Assembly (NCBI GenBank): GCA_964442705.1
Contig: CAYUAQ010000003.1
Coordinates: 102-64,101, forward strand
DNA length: 64,000 bases
DNA from: an uncultured Desulfobacteraceae bacterium
GTDB taxonomy: Bacteria > Desulfobacterota > Desulfobacteria > Desulfobacterales > JALSRD01
Direction of reading: 5' to 3'
This document shows positions 20,955 to 31,039 of this stretch, piece after piece. The notes under the pieces are model-generated. The model worked only from the letters and a program-made list of their open reading frames with translations, had not been told where the DNA came from and searched no databases. Both the position numbers and the translations under genes were made by a program. Within the stretch, counting starts at the first letter, position 1. Every line of letters begins with the position of its first letter.

Positions 20955-21506
20955 ATGGCGATGATTAAAATCATCGGTGTCGATCCGGGTCTTGCCGCCA
21001 CCGGCATCGGCGTGGTGGCGGGGGAGGGGATACGCATTGCCGGCTATTCGTCGGGTTGTATCCGGACATCCAAGGGGGACACCCTGGCGCATCGGCTTGC
21101 CGGAATCTATGAGTGTCTGTCGGAAGTGCTCCACGCTGAGAAGCCCGACAGCATGGTGGTTGAAGACGTCTTTTCCCTTGATCGCTATCCCAAATCCGGG
21201 ATAACGTTGGGAAAAGTCTGCGGTGTCATTCTGCTGGCCGGGCAGCGTGCCGGTGTGCCGGTGAAAGAGATTCCCGTGCGCGAGGCCAAGCAGATACTCA
21301 CGGGCAACGGCAACGCCAGCAAGGAACAGCTGGAGAAAGCCGTGCGTCATCTGCTGAGGGCTGAAGCGCCCATTCGACCCTTCCACGCTTCGGACGCCCT
21401 GGGACTGGCACTGGTGGGACTGTACCGTTTCGATCATGACCGGCGCTTTGCAGCGGGTGCCGAATGCAGGGAAGAAGACACCGATGATCGGTTATATAGA
21501 GGGTAA
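20955..21506 (+). CDS. ruvC: Holliday junction resolvase RuvC
   Basis: IIGVDPGLAATGIGVV N-terminus and the catalytic acidic residues pattern. Followed by ruvA-ruvB. Confidence 0.9.
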   Translation: MAMIKIIGVDPGLAATGIGVVAGEGIRIAGYSSGCIRTSKGDTLAHRLAGIYECLSEVLHAEKPDSMVVEDVFSLDRYPKSGITLGKVCGVILLAGQRAGVPVKEIPVREAKQILTGNGNASKEQLEKAVRHLLRAEAPIRPFHASDALGLALVGLYRFDHDRRFAAGAECREEDTDDRLYRG

Positions 21507-22089
21507 GCTGCTCAGGGTCGATGAAGACCGGATCCTGCTGCTGGCCAACCAGGTGGGTTTTGAGGTGCTGCTGCCCGCTTTTGTAATGGAAACCGTACGG
21601 GCCAAAGCACCCGGCGATCCGCTTGCGCTGTTTATCTACTACCAGCAGACCGAAAGGCAGCCCAAACCGGTACTCATCGGATTCAACAACCAGTTGGAAA
21701 AGGAATTTTTTCAGCATTTTATCAGTGTGGAAGCCATCGGTGCCACCAAGGCTGTCAAGGCCATGACCCGGCCGGTCCACGAGATCGCCGCAGCCATCGA
21801 GTCTCAGGATGTGGCGCGTTTGAAGGGTCTCAAGGGGATCGGGGAACGTACCGCCCGCAAGATCATCGCCTCGCTGCGCGGCAAAATGGATAAATTCGTT
21901 CCCGCGGATGCCTCCCGGCCCGCGGTGCGACGATCACCGGCGTTTGCCGATGCGGTCATGGAAGTCCTGGTGGAGCAGTTGGGATACCACCGCGGGGAGG
22001 CGCGTCGCATGATTGCAGAGGCCCTGGACCGCCATCCCGACGTTCAGGGTCCGGAAGGCCTGCTCGATGAAATCTTTCGCGCCGGCTAG
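21484..22089 (+). CDS. ruvA: Holliday junction branch migration protein RuvA
   Basis: MIGYIEGKL start and an HhH pair ([10 protein letters not shown]). 23-nt overlap with the ruvC end. Confidence 0.9.
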   Translation: MIGYIEGKLLRVDEDRILLLANQVGFEVLLPAFVMETVRAKAPGDPLALFIYYQQTERQPKPVLIGFNNQLEKEFFQHFISVEAIGATKAVKAMTRPVHEIAAAIESQDVARLKGLKGIGERTARKIIASLRGKMDKFVPADASRPAVRRSPAFADAVMEVLVEQLGYHRGEARRMIAEALDRHPDVQGPEGLLDEIFRAG

Positions 22090-22160
22090 TCGATTCGCGC
22101 TTTGAACCCGCCAGGGAAAACAAGCGTTTAACCATTACTGGAGAAAACACGGAAAAGCGG

Positions 22161-23204
22161 ATGGCGGAGATGGTGTTGACACCCGGCTCCGGGAAACAGG
22201 GCATTGTTTCGGGCGCCAGCCTGGCGGTGGACGAGGAGCCGGAACTGCTCTCCCTGAGGCCGGAGCGGCTGGACGATTACGTGGGTCAGCCGGAGGTGAT
22301 CGAAACCTTAAGGATCGCCATCCAGGCGGCCAAAAAGCGTCAGGAACCCCTGGATCACATCCTGTTTCACGGCCCGCCCGGATTGGGCAAAACCACCTTG
22401 GCCCACATCATTGCCGGAGAAATGGGCAGCCGGTTGACGGTTACCTCGGGGCCGGCCCTGGAAAAGGGCGGCGACCTGATTGGCATTCTGACCCACCTGG
22501 AGGAGGGGGACGTGCTGTTTGTGGACGAAATCCACCGTACCTCCAAGACAGTGGAAGAATTTCTCTACCCCGCCATGGAGGATTTCGCCGTCGATTTCGT
22601 TTTCGACAAGGGCATCCACGCCCGCAGCCACCGTTTTCACTTGAACCGCTTTTCGCTGGTGGGCGCCACCACCCGGGTGGGGCTGCTGTCGGCGCCGTTG
22701 CGGGACCGTTTCGGCATTTTCCGCAGTCTGGATTTCTACGACCAGGACGATCTGGTTAAAATCGCCAGACGTTCGGCATCTTTGCTGGAGGTGGCCATGG
22801 ACCAGGACGCGGCCATGGAACTGGCGCGTCGCTCACGGGGCACACCCCGCATCATCAACCGGCTGCTGAAGCGGGTTCGGGACTATGCCGAAGTCAAAGG
22901 CGACGGCACCATCACCAGGCCCGTGGTGCGGGCCGCCCTGGCGCTCGAGGGGGTCGACCAGAAGGGGCTCACCGACCTGGACCGACGGTATCTGAAGACC
23001 ATCATCAAATTCTATGACGGCGGACCGGTGGGCATCGAAGCCATCTCCGCCACGCTGCAGGAAGAAAGCGACACCCTGGTCGACGTGGTCGAGCCCTACC
23101 TGCTGAAGACAGGACTGGTGCTGCGGACGTCGGCCGGCCGCCGGGCCAGTGAACGTGCCTACCGGCATCTGAACCTGCGCGCTTCCCAGCGCAAACTTTT
23201 TTAA
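22161..23204 (+). CDS. ruvB: Holliday junction helicase RuvB
   Basis: 347 aa. [12 protein letters not shown], Walker [10 protein letters not shown], Walker B VLFVDEIH. Confidence 0.95.
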   Translation: MAEMVLTPGSGKQGIVSGASLAVDEEPELLSLRPERLDDYVGQPEVIETLRIAIQAAKKRQEPLDHILFHGPPGLGKTTLAHIIAGEMGSRLTVTSGPALEKGGDLIGILTHLEEGDVLFVDEIHRTSKTVEEFLYPAMEDFAVDFVFDKGIHARSHRFHLNRFSLVGATTRVGLLSAPLRDRFGIFRSLDFYDQDDLVKIARRSASLLEVAMDQDAAMELARRSRGTPRIINRLLKRVRDYAEVKGDGTITRPVVRAALALEGVDQKGLTDLDRRYLKTIIKFYDGGPVGIEAISATLQEESDTLVDVVEPYLLKTGLVLRTSAGRRASERAYRHLNLRASQRKLF

Positions 23205-23212
23205 CGCCCGCC

Positions 23213-24046
23213 ATGTCTATCATCACCCTGCTCACGGATTTCGGGACTCGGGATGAATATGTCGGTGTGATGAAAGCGGTGATGCTGTCCACCACCCCTT
23301 CGGTCGCGGTGGTCGACATCACACATGAAGTGCCGCCCCAGGATGTCGCCCGGGCGGCATACCTGCTGGAAGGCTACCACCGTTATTTTCCACCGGGAAC
23401 GGTCCACGTGGTGGTGGTGGACCCCGGTGTGGGCGGTTCACGTTCCATTCTGGCCGTGGGAACCGAAAAATACACCTACCTGGTTCCGGACAACGGCGTC
23501 CTGGAGCGAATCATCGACGACCTGGCACCGCAGGCCGTGGTGCGGGTGGAAAACCATACCCTTTTTCGGGCCGAGGTGAGCCGGACCTTTCACGGGAGGG
23601 ACATCTTCGCCCCCGTGGCCGCCCACCTGGCGGCGGGCATGGACATTTCCGAGCTGGGCCGGGCGGCCGCCTGGCCGGATATCGTGCGTCTGGACCTTCC
23701 CCGGGCGGTGATCACGTCTGCCGGCGAAATTGAAGGGTGTCTGATCACCTTCGACCGTTTTGGAAACGGCGTGACCAATATCCGCCGGGAACATCTGGAA
23801 AAACTGGTGCTGCCTCTCGACGGTCGCCAGGTCGAAGTGCGGCTGGCCGGCCGGTGCATTGCAGGGCTGTCGCGGAGTTATGATGCCGTGCCGACGCTGA
23901 AACCCCTTGCCATTGTCGGTAGCCGGGGGTATCTTGAGGTTGGCGTCAACTGCGGCAATGCAAAGGAGGCCCTTGATCTTGCGGTGGGGGAAGCGGTCAG
24001 CGTCAGGGGCGTACCGCCGGGATCTCATCCCTGCGAAAACGCGTGA
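23213..24046 (+). CDS. SAM hydroxide adenosyltransferase / SAM hydrolase family (DUF62, chlorinase-fluorinase fold)
   Basis: 277 aa. IITLLTDFGTRDEYVGVMKAV N-terminus is typical of this family. Confidence 0.8.
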   Translation: MSIITLLTDFGTRDEYVGVMKAVMLSTTPSVAVVDITHEVPPQDVARAAYLLEGYHRYFPPGTVHVVVVDPGVGGSRSILAVGTEKYTYLVPDNGVLERIIDDLAPQAVVRVENHTLFRAEVSRTFHGRDIFAPVAAHLAAGMDISELGRAAAWPDIVRLDLPRAVITSAGEIEGCLITFDRFGNGVTNIRREHLEKLVLPLDGRQVEVRLAGRCIAGLSRSYDAVPTLKPLAIVGSRGYLEVGVNCGNAKEALDLAVGEAVSVRGVPPGSHPCENA

Positions 24047-24058
24047 GGATTCTCTCCA

Positions 24059-24433
24059 GTGGGTAAACCGTCCGATAACATCACGATCATAGATGAGGGG
24101 CTTACCGTCGAGGGCGATGTCAGTGGAAGCGGAGAGCTGATCATCCGGGGGACCCTGCGGGGGAGCCTGTCCGGTGAGCGGGTGACCATCGCTCCCGGCG
24201 GATCGGTTTTTGCCGATATCGAAGCCGTCCACATGACCATCGCCGGTCACTGTCACGGAAATCTGCGCATCAGCGGAGAAGTCGCCCTGCTGGCTTCGGG
24301 AAGCTGCCAGGGGGAGCTGCACTGCGAAGATCTGACGGTGGAAGAAGGCGCCCGCCTGAATGCCCGCGTGCGCTGCGGGCGGCCGCTGCCTGATCAGTCC
24401 TTCCAGCTGAAAACGGCCACCAGTGGAAAATGA
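24059..24433 (+). CDS. Bactofilin (polymer-forming cytoskeletal protein)
   Basis: 124 aa of repeated beta-helix-type G-x-V/I-x-G segments (VEGDVSGSGELIIRGTLRGSLSGERVTI...). GTG start with a GAGGA RBS. Confidence 0.8.
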   Translation: MGKPSDNITIIDEGLTVEGDVSGSGELIIRGTLRGSLSGERVTIAPGGSVFADIEAVHMTIAGHCHGNLRISGEVALLASGSCQGELHCEDLTVEEGARLNARVRCGRPLPDQSFQLKTATSGK

Positions 24434-25200
24434 TCCGAGGGGTAGCGGCCCTCGAACCGTTCCCGGATGACCTGGACGTCTACGACCTTGAGATCACCCC
24501 GGAACAGAATCCAGTCGATGGCACGGCCGTTGCTCTGGCCGGTAAACCCGTGATGCGTGCCGGGGCACGTCCCGCCGAAAACATCTTCGAAGCCCCCCTC
24601 GTCATCTTTGCGACCGGTCAGCAGGCCATAGCAGGGACTGTGGCAGTCGGTGTTGAAATCCCCCATGAGGATTACCGGCGCCGCCGCCGGCAGCGGGGAC
24701 AACCGGGACAGGATCAGACGGCCGCTGTTGCGTTGAACGCCAGCATCGAAGTCCAGGTGGGTGTCGACACATGCCAGTCGCCGGCCGGGGCACGCGAACA
24801 TCCCCATGGTGCACTGCCGCGGCCAGCGGCTGTTGCGGAAACGGCTGGGCACCTCCGGCGTGGGGCTCAGGAAGAAGTGGCTTTCAAAGGTGCAGCGCCA
24901 TTTTTGGCGGTAAAACAGGATGTTGTTCTGCCAGAATGCCGGAGCCGGTCGGCGTCGGCCGATGAAGCGGTGACCGGGCAGCACGCGGGTGAGAAAAGGC
25001 AGCTGGAAATCGTTGACCTCCTGCAGGCCAATGAAATCCGGATTGAAGCGGGAGAAGAGGGACGACAGGCATTTCTTGCGGAATTTCCAGCTGTTGGGTC
25101 CATCGTCGGCTCTACCGAAGCGCAGGTTGAGCGTCATGACGGTGAAAGTCTGCGACGACGGGCCGGCGGAAGAGGGGGGCGCGGAAGCCATGGCGGTCAT
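24394..25200 (-). CDS. Endonuclease/exonuclease/phosphatase (EEP) family protein
   Basis: TVMTLNLRFG...GLQEV...DHFPLV are hallmark EEP motifs. Start is set at the ATG that forms an ATGA overlap with the upstream CYTH stop. Confidence 0.8.
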   Translation of the reverse strand: MTAMASAPPSSAGPSSQTFTVMTLNLRFGRADDGPNSWKFRKKCLSSLFSRFNPDFIGLQEVNDFQLPFLTRVLPGHRFIGRRRPAPAFWQNNILFYRQKWRCTFESHFFLSPTPEVPSRFRNSRWPRQCTMGMFACPGRRLACVDTHLDFDAGVQRNSGRLILSRLSPLPAAAPVILMGDFNTDCHSPCYGLLTGRKDDEGGFEDVFGGTCPGTHHGFTGQSNGRAIDWILFRGDLKVVDVQVIRERFEGRYPSDHFPLVAVFSWKD

Positions 25201-25802
25201 GACCCCGCTGCAAAGGCGCGGGGCCAGCCCGGGTCGACGCAGATCCCCTTGAAATTGTCGAAGGTGAGATCGCTGAAAGGCAGGTCCAGCTGCCGGCGGA
25301 GATGATCGAACATCTCCAGGTAATTTGCCAGGATACGTTTTTCCCACCGCAGGTTCAATTTGCGCGATACGGCGGCAATCTCCCTGCGGGGGCCCTCGAT
25401 CTCCAGGAAAGAGCCCATGGGCAGCGTGTCCAGACACAGCTGGACATCTCCGCAGGCAAACGTTTCCCGCCATTTTTCGTATACCCGCGTGCGCTGAAAT
25501 CCGACGGCTTCCAGGATGCCTGCCATGGTATCGAAGCTGTCCAGCTGCACTTCCATTTCCCGGAACACCTTAAACCCGGGCTCTTCGGTTCCGGGGGGGG
25601 ATTTGAAAGTCAGCCTGGCGCGGGTGTCGTTGCGCAGGCGTAGCAGGGCTTTTTTCCGCATCAGGGAATGACCGACGTCATCGTAACAGAAATTGGTTTC
25701 AAAAACACGGCCCCGGCTGCGGCACCCCAACGTTGTGATGGCGCTGCGCATGACATCGGCATCGTCGACGGGGAATTTGACTTCGATTTCCAGATGGTCC
25801 AT
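25197..25802 (-). CDS. CYTH-domain protein (class IV adenylyl cyclase / triphosphate tunnel metalloenzyme)
   Basis: Begins MDHLEIEVKF (the EXEXK motif), about 200 aa. Alternative upstream starts at 25829 and 25877. Confidence 0.75.
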   Translation of the reverse strand: MDHLEIEVKFPVDDADVMRSAITTLGCRSRGRVFETNFCYDDVGHSLMRKKALLRLRNDTRARLTFKSPPGTEEPGFKVFREMEVQLDSFDTMAGILEAVGFQRTRVYEKWRETFACGDVQLCLDTLPMGSFLEIEGPRREIAAVSRKLNLRWEKRILANYLEMFDHLRRQLDLPFSDLTFDNFKGICVDPGWPRAFAAGS

Positions 25803-25870
25803 GATGTTCGTACCGTGGCTGCAGTGCATCGCAAACAGTTTTTCGCTCCGACCATAGACATATTTTTTTC

Positions 25871-25899
25871 TTGACACAAGTCCAATTTTTATTTAATAG
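25871..25899 (+). promoter_or_regulatory. Candidate sigma-70 promoter for rplM-rpsI
   Basis: TTGACA-N17-TAATAG in an AT-rich stretch about 100 nt upstream of the rplM start. Confidence 0.45.
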
Positions 25900-25997
25900 T
25901 GCCAAATTCTTCTGACTGAGCTGTTGGAAAACGGCACCGCTGCCGCTTTTTGCGGCTTACAGTTCAAGTGATTTTAAAATTTTACGGGAGTCGACAG

Positions 25998-26432
25998 GTG
26001 AAGAAATATACAACTAGTGCCAAAGCATCCGACAACGAGGGCAAGTGGTACCTGGTGGATGCCGACGGGGCTGTACTGGGCCGGCTGGCAACCCAGATTG
26101 CCGCGCGGCTGAGGGGCAAGCACAACGTGCTTTTTACACCCCATGTGGATACCGGAGACAGCATCATCGTCATCAACGCCGAAAAGGTGAAACTCACCGG
26201 GCGCAAGTGGAACCAAAAGATATACTACCGGCACAGCGGCTATATCGGCGGTTTGAAGGAAATCAGTGCCGAAAAACTGCGGGAGAAGCGGCCGGAGGAC
26301 ATCATTCGTTTCGCCGTGCGGGGGATGTTGCCCAAAAACCGGCTGGGAAGAAAACTTTACAGAAAACTGAAGGTTTACACAGGGGACAAGCATCCACACG
26401 AAGCCCAGAACCCAGAGATTCTGTCGCTGTAA
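25998..26432 (+). CDS. rplM: 50S ribosomal protein L13
   Basis: GTG start at 25998 preceded by GGGAG. WYLVDA...VLGRLA...LRGKH is the L13 signature. Confidence 0.95.
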   Translation: MKKYTTSAKASDNEGKWYLVDADGAVLGRLATQIAARLRGKHNVLFTPHVDTGDSIIVINAEKVKLTGRKWNQKIYYRHSGYIGGLKEISAEKLREKRPEDIIRFAVRGMLPKNRLGRKLYRKLKVYTGDKHPHEAQNPEILSL

Positions 26433-26466
26433 AGGCCAGAAAAATTACCCAGGGAATAGCTTACCA

Positions 26467-26862
26467 ATGGAACAGGAAAACGTATTTTACGCCACGGGAA
26501 AACGCAAGACGGTGACGGCCAGGACCTGGCTGATGCCGGGCAGTGGAAAAATAACCGTCAATGACAGGGACCTCGACGACTACTTCAAGGTGGAAAGCGC
26601 CAAGCAACTGCTCAAGCAGCCCCTGGACCTGACCAATACCCTGGAGAACTTCGACGTCCGCGTCTACGTCAAGGGGGGCGGATACTTCGGGCAGGCCGGC
26701 GCCATTCGTCACGGCATCTCGCGGGCGCTGGTGATGGCCGATCCCGACCTCAGGGCCGCCTTGAAGAAGGCGGGTTTCATTCGCCGCGACCCACGGGTCA
26801 AGGAGCGCAAGAAATACGGCCAGAAGGGAGCCCGGGCGCGTTTCCAGTTCTCCAAGCGCTAA
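26467..26862 (+). CDS. rpsI: 30S ribosomal protein S9
   Basis: 131 aa. YATGKRKT...GGG..GQAGA.RHGI.RAL...ERKK.G...AR...QFSKR. Confidence 0.95.
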   Translation: MEQENVFYATGKRKTVTARTWLMPGSGKITVNDRDLDDYFKVESAKQLLKQPLDLTNTLENFDVRVYVKGGGYFGQAGAIRHGISRALVMADPDLRAALKKAGFIRRDPRVKERKKYGQKGARARFQFSKR

Positions 26863-26923
26863 CCGCACCACACTATTGGCAATATCCGGGGGAGACCGGC
26901 TGCCCTCAGCCGTCCCCCCTTTT

Positions 26924-28144
26924 TTACGTCACCGTGATGACCGCTTCGTCGTGGCATGTCAACTGCTCCAGTCCCCGTGCGGTGATCACATGGGTATTTT
27001 CGATCCCCACCACTCCCTTTCCCGGAAATACCAGTTTGGGTTCCAGGGCGATAACCATGTTTTCCGCCAGGACCGTGTCCTGCCCCCGGGCCAGGAACGG
27101 ATATTCGTCCAGTTCGATGCCCACTCCGTGGCCCACGAACCTGACGCGTGCGCCGACCGGTCCCATGAAATAGTCGGCATAGCCGGCTTCTGCCGCCAGC
27201 GAAAGCGCCAGCCGATAGATGTCTCCAGCGGTCCTCCCCGGTGTGGTCGCCGCTTTCACTTTTTCCTGCAGGCTGAGCATGGCCGCGTGTCCCTCAAGCA
27301 GGTCATCGGGGAGTTCGCCTAGACAGTAAATACGCGTATGGTCAGCTAGGTAGCCCCGGCAGGCGAAAGCGTAGTCCAGCAGGATGGGCTCATGTCGTCC
27401 CACGGTTCGGAACCCGGCGCCCTGGGCCACGGTCCTGCCCGGCCCCATGCCGCCGGTGGGTGAAGACAGGTAGCTGGGAACGGCCGCGGCTGCCCCGGAC
27501 ATCAGGTGACCGTAAAAAACTTCCGCCCCCCAGAGCCGCATGCGCACTATTCCCTGGTGCCCCATGCAACGTGCAACGGACTCCAGGCGGCCGGCCAGTT
27601 CGATTTCCGTCATGCCTTCGCCCAGCACATCGGGCACCTGGGCCGCCAGCCGATCCGCCAGCCGCGCCGCCTGGCGGATCCGGGATATCTCGTATTCCGA
27701 CTTCACCATGCGCGTCAGGCGGATGCCATGGGAGATGTCCACGATGGCGATGTCGGGGAAAAGACGCTGAAAGCTGAAATACCGCGCGGCGGGCAGGACA
27801 TCAAGTTCCATGCCCAGCCTCGCGGCGGGGAAACAGCCCCGCTTTTTCAGCACTTCAGGCACTTGACGCGGCGAGTCGATGGCCGTCACCCGGGGCAGCG
27901 ATGTTTCGCTGCGTGCGCGTTGCACGTGACGGTATACCATCAGGAGAGGGTCTCCTTCGGCCGGAATATAGAGATGAGACTGCTGGATGGTATCGGCAAA
28001 GTAGAACAGGTCGCTGTTTTGGAGAATCAGGGCACCGTCCACCTCGTCTTGCTGCAGTCGCGCCTGAAAGCGCCGGATACGCGTCGAAAGCTCCGCCAGC
28101 GGGGTGCCGGTATCCAGATTGTATTGCATGGGGATGTCCTCCAT
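26924..28144 (-). CDS. Xaa-Pro aminopeptidase / M24-family metallopeptidase
   Basis: Creatinase-like N-terminal domain plus a pita-bread fold (HGVGIELDE...IEN). Starts at ATG 28144 or 28129. The 598-aa ORF extension upstream looks non-coding. Confidence 0.85.
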   Translation of the reverse strand: MEDIPMQYNLDTGTPLAELSTRIRRFQARLQQDEVDGALILQNSDLFYFADTIQQSHLYIPAEGDPLLMVYRHVQRARSETSLPRVTAIDSPRQVPEVLKKRGCFPAARLGMELDVLPAARYFSFQRLFPDIAIVDISHGIRLTRMVKSEYEISRIRQAARLADRLAAQVPDVLGEGMTEIELAGRLESVARCMGHQGIVRMRLWGAEVFYGHLMSGAAAAVPSYLSSPTGGMGPGRTVAQGAGFRTVGRHEPILLDYAFACRGYLADHTRIYCLGELPDDLLEGHAAMLSLQEKVKAATTPGRTAGDIYRLALSLAAEAGYADYFMGPVGARVRFVGHGVGIELDEYPFLARGQDTVLAENMVIALEPKLVFPGKGVVGIENTHVITARGLEQLTCHDEAVITVT

Positions 28145-28324
28145 CTGGGTTTGGGCTCTGAAAATACCAGATCGGTGGTGCCGGTGCAAGGCGACCAATG
28201 GGCGGGGCCCGTTGACACCCGCCGGTAAGCTGATTATTTCAAAGTAAAAACAGGTCAGCCGGAAGAACTCGCGACAAGCGGAAACGTGCTCTTGTGTTGG
28301 CCGAGGAAGGGAGGTGTTGCCTTT

Positions 28325-28687
28325 ATGCTGCGTTGTGATCGATGCCAGACCCTTATCGCCGACGGAGACGAACATGTCCATCTCGGCGAAACCCTGTGTG
28401 AAGACTGTTACATGGACATGCTTTCTCCTCCCCGCACGTGTGATCCCTGGGCGGTGCACAGCGCCAAGGCCATGACGGGGCCACGGGCGGGAGTCACCGA
28501 GCTGACGGAAATCCAGCAGAAAATTCTGCGCATGCTGGCAGAATCCGGCGGGATGCCCCTCGAGACCCTGTGTGAGCGGCTGCACATGAAGCCTGCCGAT
28601 GTGCAGAGGCAGATCGCCGCCTTGCGCCACATGGAAAGGGTGCGGGGCGCTCTGGTAGACGGTGTCCGGGTGATCCGCCTGTGGTAA
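28325..28687 (+). CDS. Small zinc-ribbon + winged-helix-like protein (hypothetical)
   Basis: CDRC...CEDC pair followed by a LTEIQQKILRMLAE...wHTH-like segment. GGAAGGGAGG RBS upstream of the ATG at 28325. Confidence 0.5.
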   Translation: MLRCDRCQTLIADGDEHVHLGETLCEDCYMDMLSPPRTCDPWAVHSAKAMTGPRAGVTELTEIQQKILRMLAESGGMPLETLCERLHMKPADVQRQIAALRHMERVRGALVDGVRVIRLW

Positions 28688-29475
28688 CGCCATCTCCCTG
28701 CGAACCCCCTCTGTTCCCACCCCTGCCGGAATCTCCCCGGGTTCCGTTTTTCCCCGTGCACGAACCGATTTCAGGGCGGGGCTGTTTTTTTCTTTTCAAG
28801 TTCTGCCTGCCCCTGCCGATATTTGAAATCAGGAAGACCATCATTCCTATGCCGGGTGAAGGGAGACGTGAAACTGAGCGTCAAGATCCTGAAAGCGAAG
28901 ATTTCGGGGATTTTCAAAAAACCGGGGAGGCCCAGCGGTCAGGCATATACGTCTACCCGTACTCCCCTGAGACGGGCGCCTGAAGCAGGATTGATCTTTC
29001 CGCCGGGGCCATAGAGGGCAAAGCTGTGTTGCCATTGCCGGCTGGGGGAGTTCCCAGACCGACGGTCCGTGTACGCCACGGTTCTCTTCCCGGCAGGAGA
29101 GCCCGCCGTCGGCACGGAGACCGCCGGCTGGAAAGTGCCGCTGTAAGGAACGATTTCGTAGCGAATAGCGGTTCTCATTGGGGGGCACCGTTGCAGAAGC
29201 TTAATTTATATAATTGTAGCCAAATTTTTTAAAAAGGTAAAGAACTACTCATACCATTTTTTTGTAGGCGGGGTTACATAATTTGCGTTTCTCGACCGGG
29301 ATGCCCCTGCCGGTTCACTCTGGGCAGGATGGCGGCTCGCGCGGGCCGGCGACTGGCGGGGAAAGACGAAGACAGATGGGATGGCTTGAGACGCTGCACG
29401 AATCTTGCATGCTTGGAAAGATAGGATGCTCAGGCCGAAGTGAGGGATTTGTAAAGCGATACAGGAGATAGAACC

Positions 29476-29838
29476 ATGTCAAGCTTGATAGGCTCCATTG
29501 TCCGGGGAATCGAAGCCCCCGCTTTCACGGGCTCCGAGCAGCAGAAACTGTCCGTTCCGCCACCTTCCGCTGCCGCCGGTGCCGACGTCCACACTATGCA
29601 GCAAGTTACACCACCCTCCGCCAGGGTTGCTCACAGTCCTGAGGGTGACAAAGTGCGGGATCAGGGCCATTCGGTGGGCGGAGGCAGCCAGAGGGAATCG
29701 GAAAGCACGGAGATCGAGATCGAGGAGAGAAAGTTCGATTTTGAAAACGGCCAGCTGACGGTCAAGGTGTATGACCGCAACGGAAAGCTGCTGCGCGAAG
29801 TACCCCCTGGATACGTGCCTCTGGACCTTTCTGCCTGA
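29476..29838 (+). CDS. flaG: Flagellar protein FlaG family
   Basis: 120 aa. C-terminal KFDFENGQLTVKVYDRNGKLLREVPP matches the FlaG signature. GGAG RBS. Confidence 0.65.
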   Translation: MSSLIGSIVRGIEAPAFTGSEQQKLSVPPPSAAAGADVHTMQQVTPPSARVAHSPEGDKVRDQGHSVGGGSQRESESTEIEIEERKFDFENGQLTVKVYDRNGKLLREVPPGYVPLDLSA

Positions 29839-30060
29839 TGCACCCTTCCCCGCCGCCCTTCGGCACCCTGCATCGACCGAAGCACCGGCAGTCCCCCGGG
29901 GCCTGCCGTCTGCCGGTCTGGGTGCCGGAATCATGTTTCACGCCACGATGATTCCCCCGATACAACCCTGCCCGCCGGCAGTGACCCCGCGGCCTAAGGG
30001 GAGGCGGTTTGGAGCCGGACAACCGCTTGCGGTTACAAGATATTATCCCTGTCCAGGGGT

Positions 30061-30087
30061 TAAAGCTTCCCGTGCATGTGCCGATAA
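30061..30087 (+). promoter_or_regulatory. Sigma-28 (FliA) promoter for the motA-motB (PomAB-like) operon
   Basis: TAAAGCTT-N11-GCCGATAA, a near-perfect match to the TAAAGTTT-N11-GCCGATAA consensus, 169 nt upstream of the ATG. Confidence 0.75.
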
Positions 30088-30255
30088 TCCAGATAGGAAA
30101 ATCTGGACAGACCACCCTTCCAGAACGGGGTGTTTCTCCTGTCCGGCTGTTTTACCCGCTGTCTGGCATTGCTGATGTAAATCCACGACAAAAGGTGATC
30201 TGGAAAGCAGATAGAAGAAAGTTCTGTTGACAAATCAGTACAATAAGAGGGCAGT

Positions 30256-31038
30256 ATGGATCTGGCGACAATCATCGGGCTGGTAGGAGGATCAGGACTG
30301 GTTCTGTCAGCCATCATCATGGGGGGCAGTGCCAGAATATTTCTCAACATCCCGGGCATACTGATCGTTTTCGGCGGCACGCTGGCCGTGGCCTTCATCA
30401 AGTTCTCCATGGGGGATGTCATCAACTCCATCAAGGTGGCCATGAAAGCTTTCATGGCCAAACTGGAGCAGCCCGAAAAGGTTATCGCCGAGATGATCTC
30501 CTACGCCAAGATCGCCAAGAACGAGGGACTCATCGCCCTGGAGAGCAAAAAACCCAAAGATGCTTTTGCCGCCAAAGCCTTGCGCTACCTTTCCGACGGC
30601 CTGGACCAGGGGCTCATCGAGGACATGCTCAACAAGGATATTGAGATCATGCTTCAGCGGCATGCCACCGGCCAGGGGGTCTTCAAAGGTATGGGGGACT
30701 CGGCGCCGGCTTTCGGCATGATCGGCACACTCATCGGCTTGGTGCAGATGCTGGCCAGCATGGATAATCCCAGCAGCATCGGACCGGCCATGGCAGTGGC
30801 ACTGCTGACGACACTGTACGGGGCGCTGGCCGCCAACTTCATCTGTATGCCGCTGGCTGACAAGCTGGCGTTGCGGAGCCAAGAGGAACTGGTCAACAAG
30901 CGAATCATCCGCGAGGCCGCCGTGGGAATTGCCAAGGGGGTTTCCGCCATGGTGCTGGAGGAATCCCTGAAAATCTACCTGTCGCCCAAAAACCGCTCCC
31001 AGAAGAATTCCGAAAAGGGCGGAAAGAAGAAGAAGTAA
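30256..31038 (+). CDS. motA: Flagellar stator protein MotA (PomA-like)
   Basis: 260 aa. MDLATIIGL...APAFGMIGTLIGLV...GPAMAVALLTTLYGA closely parallels Vibrio PomA as I recall it. Confidence 0.9.
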   Translation: MDLATIIGLVGGSGLVLSAIIMGGSARIFLNIPGILIVFGGTLAVAFIKFSMGDVINSIKVAMKAFMAKLEQPEKVIAEMISYAKIAKNEGLIALESKKPKDAFAAKALRYLSDGLDQGLIEDMLNKDIEIMLQRHATGQGVFKGMGDSAPAFGMIGTLIGLVQMLASMDNPSSIGPAMAVALLTTLYGALAANFICMPLADKLALRSQEELVNKRIIREAAVGIAKGVSAMVLEESLKIYLSPKNRSQKNSEKGGKKKK

Positions 31039-31039
31039 G

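Noticed and set aside
28145-28720. About 190-codon N-terminal extension of the M24 peptidase ORF (the ORF track gives 26924..28720)
   Set aside because: The extension overlaps the opposite-strand zinc-ribbon gene and has no peptidase homology. The peptidase domain begins at MQYNLD... (ATG 28129 or 28144).
29414-29430. Sigma-54-like TTGGAAAG...ATGCT upstream of flaG
   Set aside because: GG and GC are separated by 11 nt rather than the required 10, and the -24 element is poor. Not called.
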